Below, piece by piece: positions 9,986-19,373 of a DNA stretch of 64,000 nt. The stretch covers positions 69,836 to 133,835 of the forward strand of contig CAYNGY010000003.1 of NCBI GenBank assembly GCA_964397195.1, read 5' to 3'. Below the pieces are notes generated by a model. That model was given only the letters and a program-made list of their open reading frames with translations. It was not told where the DNA came from and did not search any database. The position numbers were made by a program, and so were the translations under genes. The first letter of the stretch is position 1. The number at the start of each line of letters is the position of its first letter. Source of the stretch: an uncultured Gammaproteobacteria bacterium (lineage in GTDB: Bacteria > Patescibacteriota > Patescibacteriia > SBBC01 > CAIJZX01).

Positions 9986-10131
9986 CGACGCTCCTTGGTC
10001 ATCGGCCGGGTCGGCAGATCCTCGCCGGTGCCGTGGCCTTCGGGATGGTTGCTGCCACGAATGATGATTCTGATGAGCAGGACGATGATGACGACGAAGG
10101 CGATGCCGATGCCGATCAGGAGTCTTGTCAT
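9982..10131 (-). CDS. Orphan single-TM micro-protein (49 aa)
   Basis: SD GGAGG; MTRLLIGIGIAFVVIIVLLIRIIIRGSNHPEG...; below the ORF-track cutoff. Confidence 0.55.
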   Translation of the reverse strand: MTRLLIGIGIAFVVIIVLLIRIIIRGSNHPEGHGTGEDLPTRPMTKERR

Positions 10132-10165
10132 GGGAACCTCCATCGAACCGTGTCACGGCGGAGAA

Positions 10166-10450
10166 CTAGTCGGCCTGACCGTCTTCGCCGCCTCGAGTTG
10201 GGTCGAAGCGACGGCGCTCCGATGCGGACAGCATAGCCGGCGTGAGCGGGGCGGGGTGACAGTCCGGGCATTTCTTCTTGCCTTCGTGTTCCCGCAGATA
10301 CTCCAGCCAGGTGACCTGCTGACATCCAGCACAGCGTTCGCCGTGCCGCGAGAGTAGCAGGAAGCTCGAGTCGGTTCCGTCGCCGTCGCCACCCCAGCGA
10401 GACGCGGCTGAGTCGGCGGTTGGGGCAACGGTGTTCGGGTCGTGTTCCAC
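10166..10450 (-). CDS. Orphan small C4 zinc-finger protein
   Basis: SD GGAGG before GTG; CAGC..x17..CPDC. Confidence 0.55.
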   Translation of the reverse strand: MEHDPNTVAPTADSAASRWGGDGDGTDSSFLLLSRHGERCAGCQQVTWLEYLREHEGKKKCPDCHPAPLTPAMLSASERRRFDPTRGGEDGQAD

Positions 10451-10466
10451 GTCGTACCTCCGTGGT

Positions 10467-11300
10467 TCAACGAATGGCGCTAGCGCGGACGGCCATATGG
10501 AGCGCCGACAGCCCAGCCAAGAAGACGAGGATCTCAATCGGCGAGGTGATCGCGCATCCGACGAGTAAACCGCCGGACTCAGCTCTGAACTGGGTGTGGG
10601 TTTCGAGCTGCACCTTCTCACACGGATAGCCGAGTGTGAGCATGTTGTCAGCGACGGTCACTGGGAACTGCTCGGCCGCTTCGTGCGGTCGAACACGGCC
10701 GTTCGTCATCCGATTGTAGGCGAGGCGCATGGCCTCGGAAACGCCGGGTAGGGGAGACGTGTTGCCCCAGCGATTGAGCCAGTCGGCAGTTGGGCCGCTG
10801 ACCCAGATGTGGAGTCCGCCCGACTGGGTGGAGCTCGGGGTTAAGCGGATGTCGCTGACGGCGAACGTCTGAGGACGATCCGTCCACGGTGACTCCGTCG
10901 ATGTGGACATGAGCGCCGACGTGACCACGGCGTACGAGGCGAGGAGCGCCTCGATCGGTGCGAGGTCGACTCCTTTCAACGGTTCACCGAGGTGACGCGG
11001 GTAGGGGAAGCGCAAAACGATCGTCTCGCCCGTCAGTTCGGCGTGGGCTTTCCGTCCGTAGCCCCACGAGCAAGCGACCTCGATCGGGGTGAACGGCGGA
11101 AGGACAGATTCGTCCATGACGGTCGTTGCGGGTGTGGCGCAGCGATTGGCGACGTCCATGAAGATGTTGAAGGGCATTCCGATGACGAGCCCATACTGTG
11201 TGGCCAGAAACTCATACCAAGCAGGGCAGGTGCCCTGCCGAATGGCGTACCCATGCCGCTCGAGCATGCCGGCCTCCTTGAGGGTGTAGGGTTCGGTCAC
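10467..11300 (-). CDS. Orphan protein (277 aa), first gene of a 4-gene operon
   Basis: Long ORF with coding-like composition; no recognisable family. Confidence 0.6.
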   Translation of the reverse strand: MTEPYTLKEAGMLERHGYAIRQGTCPAWYEFLATQYGLVIGMPFNIFMDVANRCATPATTVMDESVLPPFTPIEVACSWGYGRKAHAELTGETIVLRFPYPRHLGEPLKGVDLAPIEALLASYAVVTSALMSTSTESPWTDRPQTFAVSDIRLTPSSTQSGGLHIWVSGPTADWLNRWGNTSPLPGVSEAMRLAYNRMTNGRVRPHEAAEQFPVTVADNMLTLGYPCEKVQLETHTQFRAESGGLLVGCAITSPIEILVFLAGLSALHMAVRASAIR

Positions 11301-11369
11301 AGGTAACCATGATGGGACCGCCTTGTCAATCCGTCATGGTCAATAAAAAATGGATTAACTCGCCGTGAG

Positions 11370-11984
11370 CTAACCCATGTCCTTGCGGAGTACCGACCGA
11401 ACGAGATGTCCGACAGAAAGCACCGATGCATGTCTCTGATCGAAATCTGGACGGTAGAAGGAGCAGTTGATGCGGGAAGTTGCGTCTCGGAAAACGTGGC
11501 GATACAGTGCTTGGTAGACGCGGCCCTGGAGGTAACTTCTCCAGCTCAGGCCACGTGGAAGCGGTGCGAGGAGAAAGCTCTGGTGATCAATCGTGACGAA
11601 GGGGATCCGCAGTCGACGCGCCACGTAGGCGGTATACGGTTCCACATCCGTGATGATCAGGGCCGGATCGAGACGGGTGATTAATGAGAGCACCTCTCGA
11701 TACGCTCGGCCCCGGCCCATGTCCAGCCGGATGACGGCGGGCCCGTAGTGGGTCAGCATTCGGGCGTTGTTCAGTCGAGTGCCCTCGTAGATGAAGGTCA
11801 CCGGGCCGATCGGATGGATACGCTTGTACCCACCTTGGTTGAAAAACGCGAGGGCATCACCGCTGGTGAGGATGTGGACCTCGTAGCCCCGGGCGGTGAG
11901 CTCGTCGATGACTACGGCACTGCGGGTCGCGTGACCTCGGCCTTCGCCCATCACGCCATAGACCACGGTCTGTTTCTTGGTCAT
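11370..11984 (-). pseudogene. MJ1255/VC2487-like glycosyltransferase, N-terminal half only
   Basis: YGVMGEGRGHATRS, IITDVEP, IPFVTIDHQ; stops after about 204 aa, before the C-terminal Rossmann domain of GT-B enzymes. Confidence 0.65.
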
Positions 11985-12149
11985 GTTTGGCCTCGAGAGA
12001 GAAGGTGCGGTTCGGAGGTTCGATGGATCGAAGTTACGGCCTCATTCTACATGGGCCGGGCCCGCCGTCAATGCGCGAGGGTCACGGCCCGCTAAAGCCC
12101 ACAACTCCGACCATTGACCGGGCTGGGTTTTGCGCGTATACTCTGGCCC

Positions 12150-13127
12150 ATGTCTGAATCTGCTTCAACCGATCGCTTGGCTATCTCGGCCAAAGGAATC
12201 ACGAAATCATTCAAAGATACTGACGTCTTGAAGGGGATCAACCTGTCCGTACCTTCGGGCACCGTCTTTGCACTACTCGGTCCGAATGGAGCCGGGAAAA
12301 CAACGATGGTTCGGATCCTGGCGACCTTGTTGCGGATGGATAGCGGACAAGCGAGTGTGGGTGGGTTCGATGTCACGACGAACGCTGATGCAGTTCGCGG
12401 CGTCATTGGGTTAACCGGACAGTTCGCCGCGGTTGATGAAAAACTGACCGGTCGCGAAAATCTCGAGATTATTGGCCAGCTCTATCATATTCATGCCGCC
12501 GATGCGAAACGCCGGGCCCAGGAACTGCTGGAACGTTTTGAACTGCTGGATGCCGCCGGCCGGGCCGTCAAGAAATATTCCGGTGGGATGCGTCGTCGTT
12601 TAGACTTAGCGGCTAGCCTGATTGTCACGCCGCCAATTATTTTTCTGGATGAACCGACCACCGGTCTCGATCCACATAGTCGCAACACCATGTGGCGGAT
12701 TATTGAAGAGCTGGTGAAAGACGGGACGACGATTTTGTTAACGACCCAGTATCTTGAAGAGGCTGATCAGTTAGCTGACCGCATCGCCGTGATTGATAAA
12801 GGTGTCGTCATTGCCGAGGGCACGGCCGATGAATTGAAAGACAAGGTCGGGCGGGAACAACTCGAAGTGGTGATGGAATCGGATGCGGATTTCGTGTCGG
12901 CATTGAGCATCTTTGGCTCGCAGGCCAGCCACCAAAACGCCGCTACCCGGACGATGCAATTTGCGGTTGAGCATGGCGTCCATCAACTTCGCTCGATCCT
13001 CGACCAATTTGATGAAGCGCATATTAATGTTAAAAGTATCGCGACGCACCGGCCAACGCTCGACGACGTATTTCTGAAACTAACCGGTCATGAAGCGGAA
13101 ATGAAAACCGAGGAGGCAAAATCATGA
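12150..13127 (+). CDS. DrrA-family ABC exporter ATP-binding protein
   Basis: GPNGAGKTT, YSGGMRRR, LDEPTTGLDP, PTLDDVFL. Confidence 0.95.
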   Translation: MSESASTDRLAISAKGITKSFKDTDVLKGINLSVPSGTVFALLGPNGAGKTTMVRILATLLRMDSGQASVGGFDVTTNADAVRGVIGLTGQFAAVDEKLTGRENLEIIGQLYHIHAADAKRRAQELLERFELLDAAGRAVKKYSGGMRRRLDLAASLIVTPPIIFLDEPTTGLDPHSRNTMWRIIEELVKDGTTILLTTQYLEEADQLADRIAVIDKGVVIAEGTADELKDKVGREQLEVVMESDADFVSALSIFGSQASHQNAATRTMQFAVEHGVHQLRSILDQFDEAHINVKSIATHRPTLDDVFLKLTGHEAEMKTEEAKS

Positions 13128-13933
13128 GCACGTCCATCGCCAATACCATCCCGCAGGTGAAACACTCGAAAGCGGTGTGGATGTGTATCGATAGCTGGGT
13201 GATGGTCAAGCGCAGTTTGCTCCAAATCCGTCAGGATCCGGAACAGCTGATTGGCATTACGGTTCAACCGATCATGTTCGTGGTGCTGTTTCGGTTCGTC
13301 TTCGGCGGCGCGATCGACACCGGCGGGGTTAGCTACGTCAATTTCCTGATGGCCGGGATTTTTGTCCAGACCGCCGCCTTCGGTTCAACCATGTCGGCCT
13401 ACAGCGTCGCCATTGATCTCGAAAAGGGGATTATGGATCGTTTCCGGTCCTTGCCGATGATGAAGAGCGCGGTCTTGGTCGGACACGTCGTGGCCGATAT
13501 GATTCGTAACCTGCTCGCGACGGCGGTGATGGTCGGCGCCGGATTAGCCGTCGGGTTTCGTCCGGAAGCGAATTTTGCCGAATGGGCGCTGGCGATTGGG
13601 TTGTTACTCTTCTTCTCCTTCGCGTTGTCGTGGTTATTCGTCCTGATTGCCCTGATCGGAAAAACGATTCAGTTCGTTCAACAGTTTAGTTTCATCCTCA
13701 TCTTTCCGCTGACCTTCGTCAGTAGTGCTTTCGTGCCGGTCGAGACCATGCCGAATTGGCTCCAGGTCTTTGCAAAACATCAACCGCTGACCCACCTGAT
13801 CGAGGCGATTCGGGCGCTCCTCGTCGGGATGCCGGTCGGGAATCACGCCTGGATGACGCTTTGGTGGAGCCTCGGGATTCTGGCCGTCGGGTTCACCTCG
13901 ACAACAGCGCTCTTCCGCCGACAGGCGAAGTAG
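13124..13933 (+). CDS. DrrB-family ABC-2 permease
   Basis: Six TMs, GIMDRFRSLP, SSAFVPVETMP; overlaps the ATPase stop. Confidence 0.93.
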   Translation: MSTSIANTIPQVKHSKAVWMCIDSWVMVKRSLLQIRQDPEQLIGITVQPIMFVVLFRFVFGGAIDTGGVSYVNFLMAGIFVQTAAFGSTMSAYSVAIDLEKGIMDRFRSLPMMKSAVLVGHVVADMIRNLLATAVMVGAGLAVGFRPEANFAEWALAIGLLLFFSFALSWLFVLIALIGKTIQFVQQFSFILIFPLTFVSSAFVPVETMPNWLQVFAKHQPLTHLIEAIRALLVGMPVGNHAWMTLWWSLGILAVGFTSTTALFRRQAK

Positions 13934-13985
13934 ATAACCCAAACAACCCATATTTCTTTATAGGCGGCTTGGCGTTGACTAGTTT

Positions 13986-14060
13986 TGGTGGGTCCCCTGG
14001 GACTCGAACCCAGAACCCACGGCTTAAAAGGCCGTTGCTCTACCATTGAGCTAGGAACCC
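13986..14060 (-). tRNA. tRNA-Lys (TTT)
   Basis: GGGTTCCTAGCTCAATGGTAGAGCA-ACGGC-CTTTTAA-GCCGT..GGTTCGAGTCCCAGGGGACCCACCA. Confidence 0.97.
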
Positions 14061-14250
14061 AAGAGAAGCCAACGTGCGAAGGGTAGCGAAAAATGGCGAA
14101 TTGGTCAACGGTTTGACGATATGGACGGGTTTGCGTGGCGGGTGTAGATTGTGGGTGTTGGGCTAATGGAACGAGTTCGAGTTCCGGGTGGCCCACCAAC
14201 GACGCGACAACAGTGTCGCATTAATACGAGCACACATATCTTAGGTAGGC

Positions 14251-15141
14251 ATGGAACGAGATTGGGAATCACTATTTACTAACTGGGCAAAACCGCCTAG
14301 CGTTTCGGAACGTGAGCGCATGGAGAATGCTGAACGCGCTGTTCGTGATGCCATCGGGGCAAGTAGTGCACTCAGTGACCACAATATCCGAGTATTCCCG
14401 CAGGGATCGTACCGCAATCGAACAAATGTACGACAAGATAGCGATGTAGATATCTGCGTACTTTGTACTGATACGTACTATTTTCAGTTGCCTGAAGGGA
14501 AGACGAGAGATCAGTTTGGGCTCAATACGCCCGCGACCTACCCGGATGCAACATTTCGATCGGACGTAGAAAATTCCCTGATTGATCACTTTGGCGCGTC
14601 CTCTGTGCATGCTGGTAAAAAAGCCTTTGATGTTCATGCCAACTCTTATCGAGTTGATGCTGACGTGACCGCGTGTTTCGAATATCGGTTTTTCTACGAG
14701 GATGGTACTTATAGAACAGGCACGGCTCTTCTACCTAAAGAGGGCATGTATATTCCTAACTATCCTGATCAGCACTACAAGAATGGGTACGCAAAGCATG
14801 AGTCCACTAGCCAACAATACCGTAAGATAGTACGTGCTCTCAAAAACCTAGCTGGGAATATGGCAGCATCAGGTATTAGTATCGCTAATTCGGCACCATC
14901 GTTTTTGCTTGAGTCAATGACCTGGAATGTCCCAGACAGCATGTTTGTTGGAGATTCGTATAAGTCTGATATGCGAAGAATTCTGGCACACACTTTTAAC
15001 GCCACTCTTAATGATGAAGACTGCTCTGACTGGTATGAGGTAAATGGCCACAAGTACCTATTTCGCACTACACAGCCATGGAGCCGGGAACAGGCACATA
15101 ACTTTCTAAGTTCCGCGTGGAATTATGTTGGATACGAATAG
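14251..15141 (+). CDS. CBASS cyclic oligonucleotide synthase (CD-NTase, CdnE-like)
   Basis: QGSYRNRTNVRQDSDVDI Pol-beta motif, DADV, NYPDQH, PSFLLES..WNVP; N-terminus W..PPS..E typical of clade E. Confidence 0.92.
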   Translation: MERDWESLFTNWAKPPSVSERERMENAERAVRDAIGASSALSDHNIRVFPQGSYRNRTNVRQDSDVDICVLCTDTYYFQLPEGKTRDQFGLNTPATYPDATFRSDVENSLIDHFGASSVHAGKKAFDVHANSYRVDADVTACFEYRFFYEDGTYRTGTALLPKEGMYIPNYPDQHYKNGYAKHESTSQQYRKIVRALKNLAGNMAASGISIANSAPSFLLESMTWNVPDSMFVGDSYKSDMRRILAHTFNATLNDEDCSDWYEVNGHKYLFRTTQPWSREQAHNFLSSAWNYVGYE

Positions 15142-15144
15142 CCT

Positions 15145-15768
15145 ATGCCTTCAAAAAACCAGTTAACTGTCCTAATATTTTTTGCTGTGCTGACTTGGGC
15201 AATTTTGCTATGGTGGCAAGGGGTGTCGCCCTCGGCTGATTGGCTCAAACCCTTCTCGTCGGTTGTTGGCGTTCTAATGCTTCTTCTCGCAGGGTTTAAC
15301 CTCTGGTTTTGGAGGTGGCCAGTTTTCCGTGGGTGGCTGGTAAAGAGGCCAGTTGTTGGAGGAACGTGGAAAGTAACACTACAAACACGCTGGAAGGATC
15401 CAGAGACCGGTCTTGTGCCAGGACCAATCCTCGGTTTCATGGCTATTCGTCAACATTACGATAGCTTGTCAATGCGACTGATGACAAAAGAATCTGTCTC
15501 TGTACTATTGGGCGCTGAAATTCTTACTGATCCCGATGGGTCTCGAAGTATTGTGGGTGTATATCGGAATGAACCGAAAATTGCAGTAATGGATCGAAGC
15601 AGGATACATCATGGAGCATTATTGCTTAGTGTGCATGGGCAGCCTCCAGCCCGACTAACGGGGAAATACTGGACGGATAGAGAAACCGCTGGGGATATTG
15701 AGCTGTTTGATCACAAACCAGTGAGTTATGACGATTTCAAAACAGCAACAAAAGCCTGGGAAGTTTGA
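15145..15768 (+). CDS. CBASS effector, Cap15-like (2TM + beta-barrel, S-2TMbeta)
   Basis: Two N-terminal TMs, then P...GTW.V.L, IRQ, YRNEP, IHHG, LTGKYWTDRETAGDI; 3 nt after the CD-NTase. Confidence 0.88.
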   Translation: MPSKNQLTVLIFFAVLTWAILLWWQGVSPSADWLKPFSSVVGVLMLLLAGFNLWFWRWPVFRGWLVKRPVVGGTWKVTLQTRWKDPETGLVPGPILGFMAIRQHYDSLSMRLMTKESVSVLLGAEILTDPDGSRSIVGVYRNEPKIAVMDRSRIHHGALLLSVHGQPPARLTGKYWTDRETAGDIELFDHKPVSYDDFKTATKAWEV

Positions 15769-15991
15769 CGACTTAGTGAACAAAAACCTCCATCATCGCG
15801 TGCGCCATCGCTAACATCTCGCACGCCCGACCCCAGGCCTCAGACATCTTGACCTCCTCGCCCTCTAACCGAGTCAGGATTGTTTGGAGTCGCTGGACCT
15901 GAAACTCGGTCAATACGAAACTGAAGCGCTAATCTCACGCCTCAACCCAACCTTGGCAAATATCGCAGCTCACGATACACTGAACGCCTGT

Positions 15992-16333
15992 ATGGAGCTA
16001 AAGCCACGGACTGAGTACTCACACTTTGAAGCCCTCGACATACGCGTAGGCCGTATCGTTGATGTTCAAGATGCTGCGACGAAGAAGCCAACATATCGCA
16101 TGACGATCAACTTCGGATCACCCATTGGCACGCGAGTGTCGTGTGGCGCTTATCGTAACTACCCAAAGGAAGAGCTTCTTGGGAAAGAAGTTGTATGCGT
16201 TGTAAACCTCGGCGAAAAGAAGATGGGACCCGAGGTGTCACAAGTGCTTGTACTTGGTGTGCCAGGACAGAACGGCGAGACCATTCGACTTATGCCGCAG
16301 GCCGACGTCGACCTCGGGGTCCAAGTCTTCTAA
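15992..16333 (+). CDS. CsaA/Trbp111-like tRNA-binding OB-fold protein
   Basis: FEALDIRVGRI, VVNLGEKKMG..VSQVLVLG. Confidence 0.9.
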   Translation: MELKPRTEYSHFEALDIRVGRIVDVQDAATKKPTYRMTINFGSPIGTRVSCGAYRNYPKEELLGKEVVCVVNLGEKKMGPEVSQVLVLGVPGQNGETIRLMPQADVDLGVQVF

Positions 16334-16487
16334 GGCCACTCGAATAAGCCGTCTCTCCGAACTGGATCCATTTCCAAAGTTCAGACCGGGTGACCCCCAC
16401 CTAGAAAATAATTTAGCCACGACCTGTCCACAACCATCGGCCGAGTAATATCGGTTGGTAAAGCCGAGGCCGTGTTATCATACCCGC

Positions 16488-16802
16488 ATGTCTAAAATCA
16501 CAGTTTCAAAAGGGACTGTCCACGCTGTCCCGCCCGATGTTCGGCGGGCGTTGATGTCCGATCGTGAGGCGCGGGCGCTTTGGGAGGACTTGACGCCGCT
16601 GGCGCGCAACGAGTGGATTTGTTGGGTGACCTTCGTCAAGAAAGCGGAGACGCGACAGGATCATGTTCGCCGGGTGGTGAGTGAGCTCAAGGACGGGATG
16701 CGCCGGCCGTGTTGCTGGCTCGGCTGTCCGCATCGAAAAGACAAAGCGGTCAGTCCGTCGGTGCAAGGAATACTGGCGCGACGATCGAGAACGAAATCAT
16801 AA
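16488..16802 (+). CDS. YdeI/OmpD-associated family protein
   Basis: W..LTPLARNEWICWV..KKAETR, RRPCCW.GC.HR. Confidence 0.85.
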   Translation: MSKITVSKGTVHAVPPDVRRALMSDREARALWEDLTPLARNEWICWVTFVKKAETRQDHVRRVVSELKDGMRRPCCWLGCPHRKDKAVSPSVQGILARRSRTKS

Positions 16803-16820
16803 TCAACTCACGATCAGGCT

Positions 16821-17198
16821 ATGAAAAAAGGTACGTACGTAGAAGGCTTCGTCATTTCCATCCCAAAAAAGAACACGGCCAAGTACATCAAGATGGCCCG
16901 TGAAGGAAAGCAGGCCTGGATGAAGTTCGGAGCGCTTGATTATAAGGAATGCATGATCGACGGCGCCTCGCCGAAACACATTACCTTTACCTTCCCGAAG
17001 ATGGCAAAAACGAAGCCGAGTGAAGTGACCTGGTTTTCCTTCATTACCTACAAATCGAAGGCGCATCGCCAAGCCGTCAACAAGAAGGTCATGGCGTATT
17101 TATCCAAGAAGTATGGGAGTGAGCCGGGACCAGTGGGTATGCCGTTCGACATGAAGCGCATGAGTCACGCGACGTTTAAAGTGGTCGTTGGCGCATAA
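16821..17198 (+). CDS. DUF1428 (YbaA-like) protein
   Basis: YVEGFVI..P, GALDYKEC, MPFDMKRM. Confidence 0.9.
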   Translation: MKKGTYVEGFVISIPKKNTAKYIKMAREGKQAWMKFGALDYKECMIDGASPKHITFTFPKMAKTKPSEVTWFSFITYKSKAHRQAVNKKVMAYLSKKYGSEPGPVGMPFDMKRMSHATFKVVVGA

Positions 17199-17243
17199 GG
17201 TAGCAATAACAAGAGTCTTGCTTACTAATTACCCACGCGTCCC

Positions 17244-17726
17244 ATGGCCCAGCTCATTAAACCAATCACGCCGCACCTCTGGTTCGATACGCCGGAAAAG
17301 GTGAAGGAAGCGGTTGAGTATTATGTTTCGGTTTTTCCAAACTCAAAAGTGCTGAGCTCCTACGTCCTGCATAATACCCCGACGCCCGGCGGGGATACGT
17401 TTGTGTACGAATTCGAATTGAATGGCCAGCGGTTTATGGCTATTAATGGCGGCGACATCTTCAAGTTCAACGAAGCGGTGTCGTTCATTATTACTTGCGA
17501 GACGCAGGAAGAGCTGGACATGTATTGGTCAAAACTCTCGGCCGTGCCGGCCTCGGAACAGTGCGGCTGGTGCAAAGATAAATTCGGGCTGGTCTGGCAA
17601 ATTACGCCGCTCTATCTCGAGACGGTCATGTCGAGCAGGGATCAGGCGAAGATAGATCGGGTGACGCAGGCTTTCCTGACGATGAAAAAGATCGTGATTG
17701 CAGAATTAGAAAATGCGGCGGCGTAA
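17244..17726 (+). CDS. VOC family protein (PhnB/3-dmu-9 3-methyltransferase-like)
   Basis: ITPHLWFD, FNEAVSF, CGWCKDKFGLVWQ. Confidence 0.92.
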   Translation: MAQLIKPITPHLWFDTPEKVKEAVEYYVSVFPNSKVLSSYVLHNTPTPGGDTFVYEFELNGQRFMAINGGDIFKFNEAVSFIITCETQEELDMYWSKLSAVPASEQCGWCKDKFGLVWQITPLYLETVMSSRDQAKIDRVTQAFLTMKKIVIAELENAAA

Positions 17727-17730
17727 ATAT

Positions 17731-18189
17731 ATGGCTGAACTCAAAACCAAGAAAACTACCGCTAGCGTCGCAAAGTTCGTCGACGCCATTAAAGATGAAC
17801 AGCAACGCAAAGACGCGAAGGCGCTGGTGAAACTGTTTGCTGACATCACCGGCGAGCGGCCAGTCATGTGGGGTTCCGCCATTATCGGCTACGGGGATTT
17901 CCACTTCAAATACGCGAGCGGTCGGGAAGGTGATTGGATGCTGACCGGGTTTTCTCCCCGCAAGGGCAACCTATCACTCTATATCCATCCCCGGAATGTG
18001 GCGCCAAAACTGTTACAACAACTCGGGCCGCATAAGGCCAGCATGGGTTGTCTGTATCTCAATCGATTATCGGATGTCGATCAACAGGTGTTGCGAAAGG
18101 TAATCGTCGAAGGGATAAAGGAGCTGAAGAAGATGCTCTATCGTAAAGAGCGCCGGGGGCCGGTTCAGGGGAAAGCGGCGAGAAAATAG
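17731..18189 (+). CDS. DUF1801 domain protein
   Basis: MWGSAIIGYG, GFSPRK.NLSLY, LGPHK...CLY..RLSDVD. Confidence 0.88.
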   Translation: MAELKTKKTTASVAKFVDAIKDEQQRKDAKALVKLFADITGERPVMWGSAIIGYGDFHFKYASGREGDWMLTGFSPRKGNLSLYIHPRNVAPKLLQQLGPHKASMGCLYLNRLSDVDQQVLRKVIVEGIKELKKMLYRKERRGPVQGKAARK

Positions 18190-18324
18190 GCAATGGATTT
18201 GGTTCTGTTGCAAGGGCGGCCGCAATAGCCGTGGACAACCGGGGAGTTGACAACCGCGGCCAGTCGGTGGCAGAGTAGCGGCGCTGTTGTCGTCACTGTT
18301 TGGCGCCTCATGAAAGGATTCGCC

Positions 18325-18765
18325 ATGAAGATCTTCAGCCCGCTCGTTCTGTTTCTGCTTCTCTCTACTACGTCGGTCGCGTCGGCCGAAGAAGTCTTGA
18401 CCGGCATGCCCGTCGTGGCCGACCCGGCTGTCCCGATGCGCGACACGCTCGCCACGACGTACATCGACACGACCCGCGATCCCGCTCGCGACACGCTCTT
18501 CATCGCCGTGCGTGGGGTGATCATCAAGCAGGTCGCCGTCAACGCGTACGTCCAGGTGGTCAAGGCCGTGGCCTTCCCGATGAAGCCGGTCTACCACGTC
18601 GGGTCGTGGTCTGAGCTGGTCACGTTCGGAAAGCGCGCCGCGCCCGATCTCGTCCCAGCCGGGGTTTGGCGGGGTATCGTGACTGTGCCGCGAAAGCCCG
18701 GAACGACGTTCACCGTCGTCATGCGCGATGGGAACCGTCGCGATCTCCAGCCGGTCGATCCGTGA
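18325..18765 (+). CDS. Orphan secreted protein
   Basis: SD GAAAGGA, signal peptide MKIFSPLVLFLLLSTTSVASA, own TTGACA promoter and hairpin terminator. Confidence 0.65.
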   Translation: MKIFSPLVLFLLLSTTSVASAEEVLTGMPVVADPAVPMRDTLATTYIDTTRDPARDTLFIAVRGVIIKQVAVNAYVQVVKAVAFPMKPVYHVGSWSELVTFGKRAAPDLVPAGVWRGIVTVPRKPGTTFTVVMRDGNRRDLQPVDP

Positions 18766-18926
18766 ACGACACGCCTACTGTACATCCACCCGCACCGACG
18801 CTTGGTGCGGGTGGCCTCTCATACAAAAGTTCGAACGCCGCAAAATTTCGTATATCCACATCTTCCACCCGACATACGGTCAAGGAGAATGGTATACTAG
18901 TTTTTCGATATATTGTTACCAACGCT

Positions 18927-19361
18927 ATGCCTACCGCAAAAAAGAAAGTATTTACCGGATTCTCAGCTGCCGAGCGCGCGGCGATGCAAGCACGGGCGCT
19001 TGAACTCAAAGCCGAAGCGGAGAGCGCGAATGGTGAGAAGCAGGTCCTCGCCGCGATCGCTAAACTCCCTGAACCCGATCGGTCGCTGGCAAAACGGGTC
19101 CACGCAATCGTTCGACGTGCGGCGCCAAAACTTGTGCCGAAAACCTGGTATGGATTCCCGGCCTACGCGAACAAGGACGGAAAGATTGTTTGTTTCTTTC
19201 AGTACGCGAGTAAATTCAAGTATCGCTATTCAACCCTTGGGTTTCAGGATGCGGCATCGATTGATGATGGCGAAATGTGGCCGGTGGCGTATGCCCTGAA
19301 GAAATTGACCCCGGCTGATGAAAAGAAGATTGCCGCCCTCGTAAAAAAAGCGGTCAGGTAG
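18927..19361 (+). CDS. DUF1801/YdhG-like protein
   Basis: PKTWYGFPAY, KFKYRYSTLGF.D, MWPVAYAL. Confidence 0.85.
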   Translation: MPTAKKKVFTGFSAAERAAMQARALELKAEAESANGEKQVLAAIAKLPEPDRSLAKRVHAIVRRAAPKLVPKTWYGFPAYANKDGKIVCFFQYASKFKYRYSTLGFQDAASIDDGEMWPVAYALKKLTPADEKKIAALVKKAVR

Positions 19362-19373
19362 CTCGCGGGTTGG

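Noticed and set aside
8500-11400. Prophage in the orphan-dense region
   Set aside because: No integrase, terminase, capsid, portal or replication gene; orientation is mixed
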